From contig CAVPGK010000012.1 of the NCBI GenBank assembly GCA_963703955.1, forward strand, positions 128,001-192,000: 64,000 nucleotides of DNA, written 5' to 3'. Of this stretch, positions 39,095 through 48,513 are shown piece by piece. This DNA is from Nitrospirota bacterium (GTDB lineage Bacteria; Nitrospirota; Nitrospiria; Nitrospirales; Nitrospiraceae). The notes under the pieces were generated by a model, which worked only from the letters and a program-made list of their open reading frames with translations, searched no databases and was not told the DNA's origin. The position numbers and the translations under genes are program-made. Positions within the stretch are counted from its first letter, which is position 1; each line of letters opens with the position of its first letter.

Positions 39095-40102
39095 ATGTCT
39101 GAATTACGTCGCGATCCTGTCGTTGGCCGGTGGGTAATTATCTCCACTGAGCGAGCCGGACGGCCGCGTGATTTCCTGGAGACCCACCCGGCGCGTCACC
39201 CTTCTGCCGACATCTGTCCGTTCTGCCCCGGTCAGGAGCGTCTCACGCCCAGTGAGGTTTTGGCGTATCGTTCGCCCCCGGGCGAACCAAACTCCTCCAA
39301 TTGGACTGTGCGGGTCGTCCCGAATAAGTTTCCGGCGCTTCAGGTTGAAGGAGACTTGGGGCGTGAGGGCGTCGGCATTTATGACCGAATGAACGGCATC
39401 GGTGCACATGAAGTGGTCATTGAGACGAACGACCACAAGCAATCTCTCTCCGACCTGCCCCCCACACGCATCGAGGATGTTCTGTGGGCATATCGCGATA
39501 GGATCGTCGACCTCAAGGGAGACTTGCGGTTTCGGTACATCCTGGTCTTCAAGAACCATGGAGCGGCCGCCGGCGCCACCTTGGAGCACGCCCACTCCCA
39601 ACTGATCGCCTTGCCCGTGGTCCCCACGAGTGTCCTCAGCGAGGTCGAAAGCTGCCGCGCGCACTTCCAACAGAAGGAACGCTGTATCTACTGCGACATC
39701 ATTCGACATGAACTCAGCTCGGGGGATCGCATCGTCGCGGATAACCCTGAGTTCTTGTCTATCACACCCTTTGCCCCACGGTTCCCCTTTGAGATGTGGA
39801 TCCTGCCCAAGCGCCATGCAGCGTATTTCGAGGAAAGCCAGCGAACGCAATTCGAATGGCTGGCCCGTATCCTCTCCGAATCGTTACAACGCATGGATCG
39901 AGCGTTGACGCGACCTGCATTTAACTTCATCCTGCACACGTCCCCGTTGCACGAGAAGACCGGCGATTTTTATCACTGGCATCTCGAACTGATTCCCAAG
40001 CTCACCCAAATAGCCGGATTTGAATGGGGCACCGGCTTCTATATCAATCCGGTGATGCCGGAGGAATCGGCTAAATTTCTTCGGGAAGCAGAACTGTCAT
40101 AG
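39095..40102 (+). CDS. galT: Galactose-1-phosphate uridylyltransferase family protein
   Basis: ELRRDP, CPFCPG, VPNKFPAL, HEVVIE, FKNHG..AGATLEHAHSQ and AGFEWGTG..IN. Confidence 0.9.
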   Translation: MSELRRDPVVGRWVIISTERAGRPRDFLETHPARHPSADICPFCPGQERLTPSEVLAYRSPPGEPNSSNWTVRVVPNKFPALQVEGDLGREGVGIYDRMNGIGAHEVVIETNDHKQSLSDLPPTRIEDVLWAYRDRIVDLKGDLRFRYILVFKNHGAAAGATLEHAHSQLIALPVVPTSVLSEVESCRAHFQQKERCIYCDIIRHELSSGDRIVADNPEFLSITPFAPRFPFEMWILPKRHAAYFEESQRTQFEWLARILSESLQRMDRALTRPAFNFILHTSPLHEKTGDFYHWHLELIPKLTQIAGFEWGTGFYINPVMPEESAKFLREAELS

Positions 40103-40209
40103 AGCTCACCCGTCAGCCATCCGCAGCCGGTGTGTTACTAAGGCAGGAACTGATCGCTACACCGCCATCGTGATTGCATTCGCAATGGCGGCGAGCTTAT
40201 CATCTTCTT

Positions 40210-40476
40210 ATGAAGGTGCAACTCAGTCATCCTGCGCGGGAGGTCGAGGTCAAGGGCCCGAAGCGTGTGAGGGAACTCTTGCGCGATCTCAACCTAGTCC
40301 AGGAAGCTCACCTGGTCATTCGCGGCGATGATCTGATCACCGAAGATGAAATGTTGAAAGACACGGATCACGTCGAGATTCGGCCGGTGATTTCAGGGGG
40401 CTCTGCTTCAGGCACGGGCGCGAGTTCAGTGGAAGACCGTCTAACTCGTTACCCCGTCCCCCTCGCTCCTGCCTGA
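40210..40476 (+). CDS. ThiS/MoaD-like sulfur carrier (TtuB-like) with a C-terminal extension
   Basis: Ubiquitin-like 64 aa ending VEIRPVISGG, followed by 24 extra residues; adjacent to a TtuA-like gene. Confidence 0.85.
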   Translation: MKVQLSHPAREVEVKGPKRVRELLRDLNLVQEAHLVIRGDDLITEDEMLKDTDHVEIRPVISGGSASGTGASSVEDRLTRYPVPLAPA

Positions 40477-40483
40477 GGACGTC

Positions 40484-41422
40484 ATGAATTGCGTCAAGTG
40501 TAAGATTAAAGCCGTCATCGGACTTCCCCGCCACAATGCCGCCTTTTGTAAAGACTGCTTTAACGGATTCGTGCACGATCAGGTTGCCCGCGCGATCAAG
40601 TCGGACCGGATGTTCGGCCCGAAGGATCGCATCTTGGTAGCGGTGTCCGGCGGGAAAGATAGCCTCGCGCTGTGGAATATTCTTCTGAAGCTCGGGTACC
40701 GAGCCGATGCCCTATACGTGGATCTCGGTATTCCCGGCTATTCGGAGAAGTCTCATGAGAAAGTCCGGGGGTTCGCCGAGACTATCGCGTGCGCTCACGG
40801 GGCCACGCTGCTCGTCCATACGGTGAAGGAGGAAGAAGGCGCCGGCATCAAGGAACTCGCCAACCTCCTTCACCGTCCCACCTGCTCGGCCTGCGGCACG
40901 ATCAAACGCTATCAGTTCAATCGTGCAGCAGTCGAGCAGGCGTACGATGCGATGGCTACCGGCCACAACCTGGACGATGAGGCAGCTCGGCTCTTAGGCA
41001 ATGTGCTGCGCTGGCAAACCGAGTATCTGGAAAAGCAGGGACCAAGCCTCCCCGCCTCCGTTGAAGGCTTCGCCAAGAAGGTCAAGCCGCTCTATCGGTT
41101 GTCGGAGCGCGAGATCGCGGCTTATGCCGTCCTCAACCGCATCGACTACATTGTCGAGGAGTGCCCCATGGCCAAAGGGTCAAAAATGTTGCTGTATAAG
41201 GAGGTGCTCAATCGCCTGGAAACGGAATCCCCGGGAACGAAGCAGTCGTTCTATTGGGGTTTTCTGGACCAGCAAGCGAAGGGCCAGGCTGTTCACGGTT
41301 CGGTCACCGAGAAGGACCAGGCCGCGCTCCATCCCTGCGCCACCTGCGGCCAACCCACCACCGCCGATGTCTGCTCCTATTGTAGAATGATGGCGCGCGC
41401 CAGGGCGAGCGCTCACTCATGA
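40484..41422 (+). CDS. tRNA 2-thiouridine synthesis ATPase (TtuA/TtcA family)
   Basis: N-terminal CxxC...C, AVSGGKDS PP-loop, CSAC, TGHNLDDE, ECP and C-terminal CxxC...CxxC. Confidence 0.9.
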   Translation: MNCVKCKIKAVIGLPRHNAAFCKDCFNGFVHDQVARAIKSDRMFGPKDRILVAVSGGKDSLALWNILLKLGYRADALYVDLGIPGYSEKSHEKVRGFAETIACAHGATLLVHTVKEEEGAGIKELANLLHRPTCSACGTIKRYQFNRAAVEQAYDAMATGHNLDDEAARLLGNVLRWQTEYLEKQGPSLPASVEGFAKKVKPLYRLSEREIAAYAVLNRIDYIVEECPMAKGSKMLLYKEVLNRLETESPGTKQSFYWGFLDQQAKGQAVHGSVTEKDQAALHPCATCGQPTTADVCSYCRMMARARASAHS

Positions 41423-41532
41423 TCGTGTGGGGAATCGTCCGCTGCAGGCCGCTCACCTGTGGGCGCGTACCAGTTGAAATACACCTCGCGGACTCCGTAA
41501 GCTCTCAATACGATTACTCAGGTTGAGGTACC

Positions 41533-42579
41533 ATGGCCACGACTGAACGCGATTATTATGCCGTCTTGGGGGTTTCCCGGACGGCGACACAGGATGAGAT
41601 CAAGAAAGCCTTCCGCCGACTGGCCCGCCAGTACCATCCGGACCTCAATACCGGCCCACGCAAAGCCGAAATGGAGAAGAAGTTCAAAGAGCTGAATGCA
41701 GCCCATGAGGTCCTCGCCGACCCTGAGACGCGGAAAAAATACGATCAGTACGGTCATCGGTGGCAAGACGCGGAGGCGTATGAAAAGGCCCGCCGGCAAG
41801 CCGGAGCCGGCGGGGGAATGGGCGGCGGATTTGCCACCGAGGAGGCCCAGGATTTCACCGATGTGTTCGAATCGCTGTTCGGCCGGCGCGGGCGCCCTGG
41901 CGGCGGCACCGGCTTTCAGGGATTTTCACAGGGATTCGCCGTTCCGGGGGAAGATCTCGAAACAACCGTCCGGCTAACCCTACGTGAGGTCCTGACCGGC
42001 GTCACGCGCCGCATTCAACTGTCTGAACCCGTGACCTGTAGGACCTGCGGGGGCACGGGCAGACAAAAAGGCCGGTTCTGCCCGACCTGCGCAGGTACCG
42101 GGAGCACATCCGAGACTCGCACCATCGATGTGAAGATCCCAGCCGGTGTCCAAGATGGGACTCGCGTCCGCGTCCCCGGCAAGGGCGGCTCAGGACAGAA
42201 CGGCGGCAAACGCGGCGATGTGTATCTCCATGTGCAGGTGGAGTCGGATGCCGTGTTCCGCCGCCAGGGGAGCGACGTACTTGTGACCCTCCCCGTCTGG
42301 CCCTGGGAAGCAGCTCTGGGTGCCGAGGTTCTAGCCCCGACCCTGACCGATCCGGTACGGGTCAAGGTGCCTCCCGGCAGCCGAGCCGACGGGAAACTTC
42401 GGTTGAAAGGGAAAGGCCTGCCGACCGCCTCCGGTGCGCCTGGAGACCTGTTCTTCACCCTGCAGATCGTGATGCCGGCTTCCCTTTCCGACGAGGACCG
42501 CAAGTTGTATGGCCAGCTTGCACAGGCGCCTCATCCGGATCCTCGGGCGGAACTGCTACGTCAAGCCAGCCGCGTATGA
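41533..42579 (+). CDS. DnaJ-class chaperone (J domain, half zinc finger, C-terminal domain)
   Basis: DYY.VLGV, HPD, G/F-rich region, two CxxCxGxG motifs, KIPAGV..G and LRLKGKG. Confidence 0.92.
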   Translation: MATTERDYYAVLGVSRTATQDEIKKAFRRLARQYHPDLNTGPRKAEMEKKFKELNAAHEVLADPETRKKYDQYGHRWQDAEAYEKARRQAGAGGGMGGGFATEEAQDFTDVFESLFGRRGRPGGGTGFQGFSQGFAVPGEDLETTVRLTLREVLTGVTRRIQLSEPVTCRTCGGTGRQKGRFCPTCAGTGSTSETRTIDVKIPAGVQDGTRVRVPGKGGSGQNGGKRGDVYLHVQVESDAVFRRQGSDVLVTLPVWPWEAALGAEVLAPTLTDPVRVKVPPGSRADGKLRLKGKGLPTASGAPGDLFFTLQIVMPASLSDEDRKLYGQLAQAPHPDPRAELLRQASRV

Positions 42580-42774
42580 ATGAGGCGTCGGCTGAGAAGA
42601 GATGCAGGGGCGAGGAGGTTTGATAGGCTCGCTGTCGATGGAGGTGACCGTCCAGTTCACCTTGAATAATAGAAACCGAATGAGAGTTGTTGGTCCCCTG
42701 AAGGTCATCTTCTCGTCTCGCTGTGGGTCATGATAGAGTAATAGTCGATCACTCACTACCCGAAGAAGGAGGAC

Positions 42775-43377
42775 ATGATGAGCACTAGATGTGGACGCAT
42801 CTTGGCCCTGGCCATCGGAGCCTTGTTCCTGTTCGCGCTCAGCCTGCAGCCCGCATGGGCCGATCCCGATTCGAAAGGAAAAGAATCCGGTCACGACCGG
42901 GGCTACGGGAAAGAAGGGTACGGCGGCCATGGGATGGGCATGGGTATGGGCATGATGATGCATGGCAGCACGAGCCATCTTCTCCGTCACATGCTCAAGC
43001 ATGAGAAGGAAATCGGCCTCAAAGAAGATCAGGTCGCCAAGCTGAAAGAAATGCAACTGAACCTGGATAAGACCCGCATCAGGGCTGAAGCCGACATCAT
43101 GATCGCCCAACGCGAAATCAAGGCCATGGTTGAGGATGAAAAGTCCGACCTCTCGGCGATCGAAGCCAAGCTGAAGCAGAGCGGGGACATGGAAGTCGCG
43201 CTGCGCATGGCCGCGATCAAGACCCGCCGGGATGCCATGGCGCTTCTGACCCCGGAACAACGCGAAAGGCAGAAGGCCGAGCATGAGAAGATGATGGAGC
43301 AGCACAGGAGTATGGGCGTGCAAGGCGACGGCTATAAAGAACGGCATAAGAAGGACGATGCAAAAGAGAAGAGCTAG
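42775..43377 (+). CDS. Spy/CpxP-family periplasmic protein with a Gly/Met/His-rich segment
   Basis: Signal peptide (PAWA), GHGMGMGMGMMMHG, IGL..DQ and LLTPEQ motif. Confidence 0.85.
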   Translation: MMSTRCGRILALAIGALFLFALSLQPAWADPDSKGKESGHDRGYGKEGYGGHGMGMGMGMMMHGSTSHLLRHMLKHEKEIGLKEDQVAKLKEMQLNLDKTRIRAEADIMIAQREIKAMVEDEKSDLSAIEAKLKQSGDMEVALRMAAIKTRRDAMALLTPEQRERQKAEHEKMMEQHRSMGVQGDGYKERHKKDDAKEKS

Positions 43378-43393
43378 GAAAGGGAGGGCTCAC

Positions 43394-43756
43394 ATGAAAT
43401 TCGTCGGAATCGCAACCGCGCTGGTCACAGGATCAATCTTGGCCTTCAGCGTCCCCGCATGGAGTGACGACAAAGGCAAGAAGCACGAGGAGGAAGAAGG
43501 CCATGTTGCCGACATGGTCAAGGACGCCAAGATTACGATCGACCAGGCGATCAAAACCGCCTCGGACAAGGTCCAAGGGACCGTCGTCGAAGCCGAATTG
43601 GAGAAGAAGCACGGCAAGACCGTCTGGGAAGTCGAGGTAGTCGGCAGTGATGGGAAGGTCACGGAAGTGCACATCGACGCCGGATCGGGTGATGTGATCG
43701 ACACGGAGGCCAAGACGGACGAAAAGAAGAAGGAGCACAAGAAGGGCAAGAAGTAA
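43394..43756 (+). CDS. PepSY domain-containing exported protein
   Basis: Signal peptide; ITIDQAI..A, VVEAELE, VWEVEV and VHIDA.SG.VI. Confidence 0.88.
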   Translation: MKFVGIATALVTGSILAFSVPAWSDDKGKKHEEEEGHVADMVKDAKITIDQAIKTASDKVQGTVVEAELEKKHGKTVWEVEVVGSDGKVTEVHIDAGSGDVIDTEAKTDEKKKEHKKGKK

Positions 43757-43926
43757 GCGGCCGGTCCTGCTACTGAGTCTGCGTGCGGAGCGCGTATTCC
43801 AACCTCGCACGCAGACTCCTCTCTCCTGACATCCCTCTCCTCTCCGGCAGTTGCGCTCTCACCGAGGAAGATGATAAGACACCACAGGCTGCTGATTGCC
43901 CCCGAACTGTCAGCAAGAAGACGGCG

Positions 43927-45605
43927 ATGCACATCGATCCGAAGCACAAGAGTCATGACCTGACCGACGGCCCCGGCCGCGCGCCGGCCCGCGCCATGCT
44001 CAAAGCCGTGGGGTTCACCGATGACGATCTCGCGCGCCCGTTGGTCGGCGTGGCCAACACCTGGATCGAGGTCATGCCGTGCAACTATCACCTCCGCCGG
44101 CTTGCTGAGAAGGTGAAGGCCGGCATCCGCGCCGCCGGCGGCACGCCGATCGAGTACAACACCATCGCGGTGTCGGACGGCATCTCAATGGGCACGGAAG
44201 GAATGAAGGCCTCGCTCATCAGCCGTGAGGTGATCGCGGATTCGATTGAGTTGGTCGCGCGCGGACATTTGTTCGACGCGGTTGTAGCCTTGTCCGGCTG
44301 CGACAAGACGATCCCGGGCACCGTCATGGCGCTGGCACGCTTGAACGTCCCGTCCCTGATGCTGTACGGCGGCTCGATCATGCCGGGCCGGTTCCAAGGT
44401 CACGACGTCACGATCCAGGACGTATTCGAAGCGGTCGGCAAGCACGCCGCCGGCAAGATGAGCCGATTCGGAACTGCAAAGATCTGGAAGACCACGCCTG
44501 CCCGGGACCCGGGCGCCTGCGGCGGGCAGTTCACCGCCAACACGATGGCGATTGCATTCGAATTTCTGGGCATCTCGCCGATGGGGAGGAACGGCGTGCC
44601 GGCCATGGACAAGCATAAGGATGAGGTGGCGTTCCAATGCGGCCAGATGGTGATGGACCTGTTGAAGAAGGATCTTCGTCCGTCGCCAGATCATCACCCG
44701 GAAGTCGCTGGAGAACGCGATCGCCGCCGTGGCGACCACCGGCGGCTCGACGAATGCCGTGCTGCATTTGTTGGCCATCGCGCGGGAAGCCGGCATGAAG
44801 TTGACGCATCGACGACTTCGACAAGATCAATCGGAAAGTCCCGTTGCTCGCCGACCTCAAGCCCGGCGGGCGATTCATGGCCGCCGATCTCTTTACGGCC
44901 GGTGGCACGACGCTGGTTGCGAAACGACTATTGGATGCCGGAATCCTGCATCCCGGCCAGCCGACGGTTACCGGGCGGACGATTGGCGAAGAAGCGAAAC
45001 AGGCCATCGAGACGCCAGGACAACACGTGTTGCGGCCTCTTTCCAATCCCATCAAGACGACCGGCGGCCTGGTCATCCTCAAAGGCAACCTCTCGCCGGA
45101 AGGCTGCGTGGTAAAAGTGGCAGGTCATTCCATGATCACGTTCCGTGGTCCGGCCAAGGTCTATGACCGGGAGGAAGACGCGTTTGCCGCCGTCAAATCT
45201 GGACAGATCAAGGCCGGCGACGTCGTCGTGATTCGTTACGAGGGTCCCGCGGGTGGACCGGGCATGCGCGAGATGCTGGGGGTGACCGCCGCCATTGTCG
45301 GAGCAGGACTCGGAGACTCCGTCGCCCTGCTTACGGACGGCCGCTTCTCCGGCGCCACGCACGGATTGATGGCCGGCCACGTCGCGCCCGAAGCCGTGAA
45401 GGGTGGTCCCATCGCTGCGGTCAAAGACGGCGACATGATCTCATTCGACATCCCCGACCGTAAGCTGGACGTTGAATTGACCCAGAAGGAAATCAAGTCC
45501 CGACTCAAGAAGGTGAAACTGCCCGTTCCGCGCTACACTTCCGGCGTCATGGCGAAATACGCCCGCCACGTGTCGTCGGCGTCGGAAGGAGCTGTGACAA
45601 GCTAA
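43927..45605 (+). CDS. ilvD: Dihydroxy-acid dehydratase, interrupted by indels at ~44460-44820
   Basis: [59 protein letters not shown] and TDGRFSG across three frames. Confidence 0.95.
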
Positions 45606-45777
45606 AAGCTATTTCGAAGTGCGGGGCTCAATCCCTCCAACCGCTCGAAGAGATTTCGGGTTCTGGTGGGCGTGCACAAACTTGGCGCTTCGAGCCGTCG
45701 CGTCGTGGACCATTCGGAATTCCTTCGCGGGCTCAGTCTGGTGAGGTTTCGAACCAAGAAAAGAACGAGGAAGTGAT

Positions 45778-45816
45778 AAAAAAGCGGGCGGCTTCTTCCG
45801 GAAGAAACCGCCCGCT
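45778..45816 (-). terminator. Rho-independent terminator (minus strand)
   Basis: Minus strand AGCGGGCGGTTTCTT-CCGG-AAGAAGCCGCCCGCT followed by TTTTT. Confidence 0.85.
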
Positions 45817-46210
45817 CTCGGCACTTGCGATGCCTGAAACCTTTACGCTCTTTTAAAAGACCCACCGTTCAGCGGAAGGTTAACCTCTGATCCTTTTCGG
45901 ACTGAGTGTCTCAAAGCCTCTTCAGGGTTCTCGTTATGTGAGGCTCCTGCCGCCTCATAAACCCTCATGAACCAGGTCTACATGTGACCGTTTGTGCCTA
46001 TCGGCACTCTGGAGGTTCTTGAGGCCAGCGCATTGACTCTGAACAAAGAGCCGAGTTGCAGACGAGAGGCTCCTCTACGCCGTCAGTGGGCCATGCAGGT
46101 CAGGTGGAGTCAGGTCTTCCATACAAGACCTCCTCTTGTTAAACCCCCGGGGCTTCCTGATGGGCGCGCTCCATCGATCTCCCCCTGCACCTCCTCCAAT
46201 TGATTCGGCG
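45778..46210 (-). ncRNA. Candidate ~430-nt structured non-coding RNA of unknown family
   Basis: Has its own promoter and terminator, no credible long ORF, and at least 8 nested helices including a GCAA tetraloop on this strand. Confidence 0.55.
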
Positions 46211-46217
46211 CAAACCC

Positions 46218-46247
46218 ATCCTAGTCTTCTCCGTTTGGATCTGTCAA
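46218..46247 (-). promoter_or_regulatory. Putative sigma70 promoter for the candidate ncRNA
   Basis: TTGACA (46247-46242), 18-nt spacer, TAGGAT (46223-46218). Confidence 0.6.
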
Positions 46248-46321
46248 TACGCATAAACGGTCCTATGGAACGCCCTCATGATCAAGCCCGGCTCAGCAAA
46301 CTTCTCGCCACCGGTGGGTCC

Positions 46322-46744
46322 TTACGAGGTGATGTATTTCTCCAGGTGCCCGATCAACTCTTCCTTCTCATCCAACATCAACGCAACCATGTCCCGCAGG
46401 GAGACGATTCCAAGGAACTCATCGCCGTTGAAGACCAACAGGTGTCGGCATCTGTGCTCCTTCATCAGATTGAGACAGTGACCGGCGGTATCCTTAGGAC
46501 CGACCGTTATCAAGTTTTCTGTCATCACGTCTTTGATCTTGACCTTTTCCGGATCTTTCCGCCTTCCGACGACTTTCATCATCAGATCCCGCTCCGTGAA
46601 AATCCCGATGATTTTGGAAGAGCGCGTGACTACCACCGATCCGATGAATTCCTCCGTCATCACCATCGCCGCCTCTATCGCCGATCTATTTTCGTCGATC
46701 GTTGCAACCTTCCGTATCACCTTTAGTGAAATGTCTCTGCTCAT
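46322..46744 (-). CDS. CBS domain pair protein
   Basis: IGSVVV, GIFTERD, IKDVMT, CRHL.V and GIVSLRD; SD GGAGGAGG precedes ATG 46744. Confidence 0.92.
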   Translation of the reverse strand: MSRDISLKVIRKVATIDENRSAIEAAMVMTEEFIGSVVVTRSSKIIGIFTERDLMMKVVGRRKDPEKVKIKDVMTENLITVGPKDTAGHCLNLMKEHRCRHLLVFNGDEFLGIVSLRDMVALMLDEKEELIGHLEKYITS

Positions 46745-46869
46745 GGCTTCCTCCTCCTTATGTGATCTAAAAATGAGTAAGGAGCCCCCCTGAACCAAAT
46801 ACTCAGAAAGAAACTGATACCTCGGACCGACATCCTATCCTACGCGGGTCGATGCGGGCATGGTTCGGG

Positions 46870-47730
46870 CTATGATGCGCTCAAGGCATGGATGTCGTTG
46901 ATCAGATCTTGCAACTTCGTCAGCGTACGAGCGCGCTGCTGTGGGGTCAGCATGTGATCGACGGCAATCACCATCTCTTTCACCGCGCTTCTCATGTCCT
47001 CCAAGGCGTGCTGGTATTGTGACGGATGACTCCTCTCGGGAAAGACCAGCCAATCTTGCAGCCGCTGCGAAACGATGTGAGGATCCCGAGTCGACCGGAG
47101 CAATTGCAAGATTTCCTGCTGTCGGAATTTCTGATAGTCCAGCCACGTCCTTTCGGTGTCGGGCAAGGCCCGGCTCAACTGTGTGATGCGCTGCTTCTGT
47201 TCCGCCGTCAGCGACCCGAACCAATCTTTGAGCCAATCTATCGTGGCTACCGCGCGCTTGGCCAACCGTTTCTGGGTCTCTTCCTTTGCGAGACGGTCTG
47301 CCTTTTCATTGTCGTCTCGAAACGCTTCTTCTAAATTCCGCACCTGCTGTTCATTCACCGAGGTTAAAAACACTGCAGAGTCACCTACGATTCGCTCAAA
47401 GAAATCCGCGCGCAACTGCTGATAGGTCTCGAAGATCCAGTCAACCTCGTCGCGATTCAAGCCGTCAGAACTCCTTGATTTAACTTCGTTCAAAAACCGT
47501 TCATAGACGGGAAGCGCCTCGAAGCGATGCCGAGCAAGGAGTCCTTTTAAGCGCCCGCGCAGAAAGGTTTTCTGATCCTTCGTCAGGTCAAAATAGTGGT
47601 CCGCCTTCCAGAGCACGAGCCAGTCCGCGTTTCGGTAGGCCAAGGTCGGCGTGCAGCTGATAAGCAGCCCTACCAGTAGCCATGCCAGCGTCAGCCGAGC
47701 TATTCTTGCGTCACGCCCCAATGGTTTCAT
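46870..47730 (-). CDS. Lipoprotein (DUF6279-like)
   Basis: Lipobox LISC, AYRNADW.V.W..D.YFDL...Q, W.G.LT.EQ and LTPQQR. Confidence 0.75.
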   Translation of the reverse strand: MKPLGRDARIARLTLAWLLVGLLISCTPTLAYRNADWLVLWKADHYFDLTKDQKTFLRGRLKGLLARHRFEALPVYERFLNEVKSRSSDGLNRDEVDWIFETYQQLRADFFERIVGDSAVFLTSVNEQQVRNLEEAFRDDNEKADRLAKEETQKRLAKRAVATIDWLKDWFGSLTAEQKQRITQLSRALPDTERTWLDYQKFRQQEILQLLRSTRDPHIVSQRLQDWLVFPERSHPSQYQHALEDMRSAVKEMVIAVDHMLTPQQRARTLTKLQDLINDIHALSAS

Positions 47731-48307
47731 GGGAATCACTCAGACGGCCCGGTGCCAGCAGGCTCATTGAACGCTCAAGGTCATCGGTGATGCATTGGGT
47801 TCCCACCTGACCATGATCAGTATGATGTCCCATAGCGTCTGGTTCCTTGCATGGAGTTGATCATCAGCATACCTCTTGAAGGAGCCGAAATAAAGTCATT
47901 AGGCGGCGATCGACCTGACAGGTTGGGGAAAAATACATCTCCAGGGTAATGGCCCTTGCTGTCGTCTTGGGTCTATAATTAACATTTTGCCGCCGGTATT
48001 CCGTGGGATTGATTCAGCAGACCGAATGGGATGTTCCGAGGAAATCGGAACGATTCCGCACCGGGAGATCAAATTAGTCAACAGGACCTCTGGTCACGCG
48101 ACTCATAGGTTCACACCTGAAACGGGGTGCGTTCGAGAACCACTTTGATCCTTCCACATTTACACTCAACGGACGGGGACTGGTTCTGTGTTCCTATTGA
48201 GCTGGATAGGATCGGCAAGTAGCAAGATTGATCACGGGTCGACCGGAAAACTTCGGAGTCTCACCGCTCAATGCTAAGACTAGGAGAAGCGGAGGGAGGT
48301 GATTCCA

Positions 48308-48472
48308 ATGCCCATGTATGAATACAAATGCTTGGATTGCGGCAAAGAATCTCTGCTGAGCCTGAGTCTCAAAGAGCATGAAACCGGAGCGCCGGTCTGC
48401 CCCTCCTGCAAGAGCAAGCGGATGGAGCAATTGCTCACAAGCGTGATGGCCAAGACGAGCCGCAAGAGCTGA
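48308..48472 (+). CDS. FmdB-family zinc-ribbon protein
   Basis: Below the ORF-track cut-off. SD GGAGG, then MPMYEYKCLDCGK...VCPSCKS...TSRKS*. Confidence 0.9.
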   Translation: MPMYEYKCLDCGKESLLSLSLKEHETGAPVCPSCKSKRMEQLLTSVMAKTSRKS

Positions 48473-48513
48473 TGTACTTGGTACTAACCTGGAGCGCGCC
48501 CCCAGGGGATCGG

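Noticed and set aside
41533..42579. DnaJ with only two CxxCxGxG motifs as a novelty
   Set aside because: Half zinc-finger DnaJ/CbpA-like paralogues are a familiar variant.
45610..45760. tRNA-like fragments (GGTTTCGAACC, CTCAATCCC) after ilvD
   Set aside because: No cloverleaf or properly placed T-loop and acceptor stem.
45778..46210. Assignment of the candidate RNA as CsrB-like, tmRNA, RNase P RNA or 6S
   Set aside because: About 10 GGA motifs in 430 nt is near chance expectation. There are no tRNA-like ends or tag ending in AA*, no GAGGAAAGUCC, and it is too long and branched for 6S.
47740..48300. Short ORFs in the 560-bp gap upstream of the DUF6279-like and FmdB genes
   Set aside because: Short, with no motifs; most likely divergent promoter DNA.
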